Assembly (NCBI GenBank): GCA_965541585.1
Contig: CBEUCH010000004.1
Coordinates: 180,770 to 244,769, forward strand
Direction: 5' to 3'
From: an uncultured bacterium
GTDB lineage: Bacteria; Zixibacteria; MSB-5A5; UBA10806
DNA: 64,000 bases
Below the pieces are notes generated by a model. The model searched no databases. It was not told where the DNA came from and saw only the letters and a program-made list of their open reading frames with translations. Within the stretch, counting starts at the first letter, position 1. Every line of letters starts with the position of its first letter. A program made the position numbers and the translations under genes. This document shows positions 61,199 to 64,000 of the stretch, one piece after another.

Positions 61199-62353
61199 AT
61201 GTTTGCAGTAAAGCTTAAAGAGCTTAGAAAAAGCCTAAAAATAACCCAGACTGAGATAGCCAAACATCTTGGAATAGCGCAAGATGCTGTTTCAAAGATA
61301 GAAAGTGGTAAGCGCACTTTAACAAGTTACGAAATATTTAAAATCGCTAGGGCACTCGATATCCCCATAAGGTATTTCTACGGTGAAATTGAATTGGATA
61401 AAGTTATAGGTTTTTCCTTAAGGGCGACCGAAGATCTGACGCTGCAGGACCAAGAAAAAATTCCAATATTAAGGCGAATAGCCAATAGGTATTATGACAT
61501 AGAAGATGTTTTGGTTCATCCATTCGAAAATATTCTCAGAAAATATGCTGTAGTAGATGATAATGTTTTGCGAATTAGGGAAATAGCAATTGAGGAAAGA
61601 AAAATATTGGGTTTTGACAATGTAGAACCCATAACAAATTTAGCAGAACTATTGAGATCCTATAATATCATAATCTTAGAACCAGTGCTAGAATTCGCAA
61701 TAAATGGTCTTTTTCTGACTCTTGATCGTGACAGGTTTTTAATAGTGGTGAATCACGATACTCCCCCTTCTAAAAGAAATTTCACTCTAGCTCATGAGTA
61801 TGGGCATTATTTATTCCATCGAGGTAATTCATTCAACGCAGTCACAACTGATATTGATAATCCTGATAGTATGAATTTTCACGAAAAAATAGCTAATGCA
61901 TTTGCTGCCGAGTTTTTGATGCCCAAAGAAAGCCTTGTAAATTTAAGCATAAGCGATGAATCTATAGCTCTATATATGCATAATTATAAAATAAGCAGGG
62001 CAGCATTGATTAATAGACTGTATAGTCTGAGAAAAATAGATGATTATGGGAAAGACTATTATTTGAATGAATTTAGACCTATGGATGGACTAGAGAATCT
62101 TGGGATTGATAGCCCGGAAGTTCGCTGGTTTAGAGAATCCCATAATATAAAAAAACAAGACAACTCTACACGAAAGGAAAGGAAAAGGCTGAGGCCACGG
62201 GATTTACTATCGGACGGATACATAACCGCCATACTGGACGCTTATGAGAGGGGGTTAATAACATACAATAAAATAGCTGATTATCTGTTTATTAATGAAA
62301 ATGAATTGAAGAAAAAAGTGAAAAAGAAGGAGGTGGAAGATGAAATCTTTTAG
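61199..62353 (+). CDS. XRE-HTH + ImmA/IrrE (M78) metallopeptidase
   Basis: LKELRK...TQTEIA..LGI....SKIESGKR HTH; RNFTLAHEYGH (HExxH) and EKIANAFAAEFLMP motifs. Confidence 0.92.
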   Translation: MFAVKLKELRKSLKITQTEIAKHLGIAQDAVSKIESGKRTLTSYEIFKIARALDIPIRYFYGEIELDKVIGFSLRATEDLTLQDQEKIPILRRIANRYYDIEDVLVHPFENILRKYAVVDDNVLRIREIAIEERKILGFDNVEPITNLAELLRSYNIIILEPVLEFAINGLFLTLDRDRFLIVVNHDTPPSKRNFTLAHEYGHYLFHRGNSFNAVTTDIDNPDSMNFHEKIANAFAAEFLMPKESLVNLSISDESIALYMHNYKISRAALINRLYSLRKIDDYGKDYYLNEFRPMDGLENLGIDSPEVRWFRESHNIKKQDNSTRKERKRLRPRDLLSDGYITAILDAYERGLITYNKIADYLFINENELKKKVKKKEVEDEIF

Positions 62354-62367
62354 CAAGAGAGGGCACT

Positions 62368-62967
62368 GTGACCCTAAGAAGAATTGTATTAGCTGATGCT
62401 GCAGTACTAATAGGTCTTGTAAAGCTAAATTTCCCCAGTTTATTACAACATTTATCACAACATTATAATTGGGATATAAATATTACTAAAAACGTAGAAG
62501 ATGAATGTAAGGATTTGGTAACGGCGTCGCTGGTCAGATCAATGATAAGAAACAAAAGCATAAGAATACTATATGAGTCTAGTTTTGAAGTGGCAAATAA
62601 TATCAAGGAATTGGATAAAAGAATGGAGCCGGGTGCGGAGATTGAGCTATTTGCTATAGCTAAGTATAGGAAGTATGATATACTTACGGATGATCTAAGC
62701 AACACAAATGTCTATTTTCGCAATTATCCTATGGATAGAGGGCAATTTTGGGTTTATAATTTATATCATTTATTGTATTTAGCATATAAAGCAAGAATAT
62801 TATCATTAGGTGATATTGAATTGAGCCTTCGTGAAAGTCATAAAAGTGGCATCAGGACACTCAGCAAATATATCTTGGAGCATAATTTCCAAGAATATTG
62901 TGAAAGAATTGATGAATATATAGAACATCACATAGATCCAATAGACACGAATAAATTTCTATTGTAA
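62368..62967 (+). CDS. PIN-domain-like protein (putative nuclease/toxin)
   Basis: IVLADAAVLI (N-terminal Asp), VEDE, GAEIE and ILTDD acidic pattern typical of PIN folds. Confidence 0.65.
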   Translation: MTLRRIVLADAAVLIGLVKLNFPSLLQHLSQHYNWDINITKNVEDECKDLVTASLVRSMIRNKSIRILYESSFEVANNIKELDKRMEPGAEIELFAIAKYRKYDILTDDLSNTNVYFRNYPMDRGQFWVYNLYHLLYLAYKARILSLGDIELSLRESHKSGIRTLSKYILEHNFQEYCERIDEYIEHHIDPIDTNKFLL

Positions 62968-63081
62968 ACATACTGTTTTACAGCCCGTCATTTATCGGCA
63001 TATTCCTTCCATATAGGGCGTCTATACTTATCGCCGCTAACTAAGAAGCGAGAAGTGTGAATTTAAGAAGTGAGGTCTTCT

Positions 63082-63657
63082 TTACCGCTGGAACTTCCCC
63101 ATCAATTTCCCCCGGGCTAAGATATGCCCCTCCATGGCTTTCAGGACGTCCTTTTTCGTTGCCCCCGGTTTCAGGCTGAGGGCTTCATCCACGGCATAGA
63201 GTTTAAAGAAGTAGCGATGGGCGGGACCTTTTGGCGGGCACGGCCCACCGTAACCTATATTCCCCCAGCTGTTTTTGCCCTGCAAGCCGCCCCTTTCGAT
63301 TTTTCTGGTTGTCGGCACACCCTCCGGAAGCCCGATAGTATCCGGCGCCAGTCCGTACAGCACCCAGTGATCCCAGGTGCCGACAGGGGCATCGGGATCG
63401 TCGCAGATCAAAACCAGCTCTTTAGTCCCCTCGGGCGGCCGGCTCCATGATAATTGCGGGGAGATATTATCACCGTCGCAGGTGTATTTCTCGGGGATCG
63501 TCTCCTCCTGTTTGAAAGCGTCGCTTTTCAATTCGAGTTCGGTCATCTCGACTTCCTCTTCGGGTTCGCCCTTCGGCTCGTCGGCGAGGATTGGGAAGGT
63601 AGCAACGAAAATCACACACGGTGTCAACATCAGGATGATCATATTCTTCAGGCCCAT
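63082..63657 (-). CDS. YbhB/YbcL (PEBP/Raf kinase inhibitor-like) protein
   Basis: YTCDG.NISP, DDPDAP, HWVLY and YGGPCPP...HRYFF motifs. Confidence 0.93.
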   Translation of the reverse strand: MGLKNMIILMLTPCVIFVATFPILADEPKGEPEEEVEMTELELKSDAFKQEETIPEKYTCDGDNISPQLSWSRPPEGTKELVLICDDPDAPVGTWDHWVLYGLAPDTIGLPEGVPTTRKIERGGLQGKNSWGNIGYGGPCPPKGPAHRYFFKLYAVDEALSLKPGATKKDVLKAMEGHILARGKLMGKFQR

Positions 63658-63813
63658 ATTGCCTCCTTGGTTTTAATTTATGATCTGCTATTTCTATAAT
63701 CGTTGTCATGCCCCGGGGCAAGGGAAAAATAAAATCCCGCGACTTTCCTGCAGCGAGCCGGACCATTATGCTTGTTTATCTATGACATAAATATTAATTT
63801 AGTCTGAAGATTT

Positions 63814-64000
63814 ATGAAAAAGATCCCCTTCCCCATCGATAAGCACAGCTGGTCCCCCAGCCTCATACCGGGGCCGATTGTCCTGGTATCGACTCATAAC
63901 AAGGATAAAGCGCCGAATGTTGCTCCCAAAAGCTGGGTGCAGATGGTCTCATTCGAACCGCCGATCCTGATGTTTTCCGGCAGCAAGGGCAATACGACGG
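63814..64000 (+). CDS. Flavin reductase-like (DIM6/NTAB) protein, partial
   Basis: Translated by hand: MKKIPFPIDKHSWSPSLIPGPIVLVSTHNKDKAPNVAPKSWVQMVSFEPP...; runs off the window. Confidence 0.75.
   Translation, partial: MKKIPFPIDKHSWSPSLIPGPIVLVSTHNKDKAPNVAPKSWVQMVSFEPPILMFSGSKGNTT

Overview
This is a bacterial chromosomal window from a diderm organism. The evidence is a FadL-type outer-membrane protein, a beta-barrel protein and proteins ending in a 'YPNPFN' C-terminal sorting domain; an FCB-group lineage such as Zixibacteria is my inference, not a tested result. It probably contains the replication origin, since dnaA-dnaN flank an unwinding element with DnaA-trios and non-canonical boxes. 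Housekeeping genes include menA-like, dprA, yigZ, gcvT, nnr, ppdK, miaB, coaX, pntAB, groES/groEL with a perfect CIRCE, and perR/fur-ahpC with a perfect 7-1-7 box. No rRNA, tRNA or CRISPR array was found. The most notable accessory features are: (1) an unexplained three-gene signalling module at 56.6-58.6 kb (small 'PCPPxC' protein, stand-alone 7TM protein, and an overlapping TM-PAS-LuxR regulator); (2) a RAYT transposase in a cassette-like array of three REPINs that also encloses an orphan NTF2-fold immunity gene, plus many GTAG-type REPs across the window; (3) an effector-less NTPase-TPR (NLR-like) protein with 126-bp repeats that vary at fixed positions; (4) a PPDK with a histone-H1-like tail, next to a very basic AT-hook-like/winged-helix protein; (5) an AT-rich XRE-ImmA + PIN island after groEL. 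Two genes are interrupted: one by an in-frame TAG and one by a homopolymer frameshift. All calls come from reading motifs by eye; no database searches were run.
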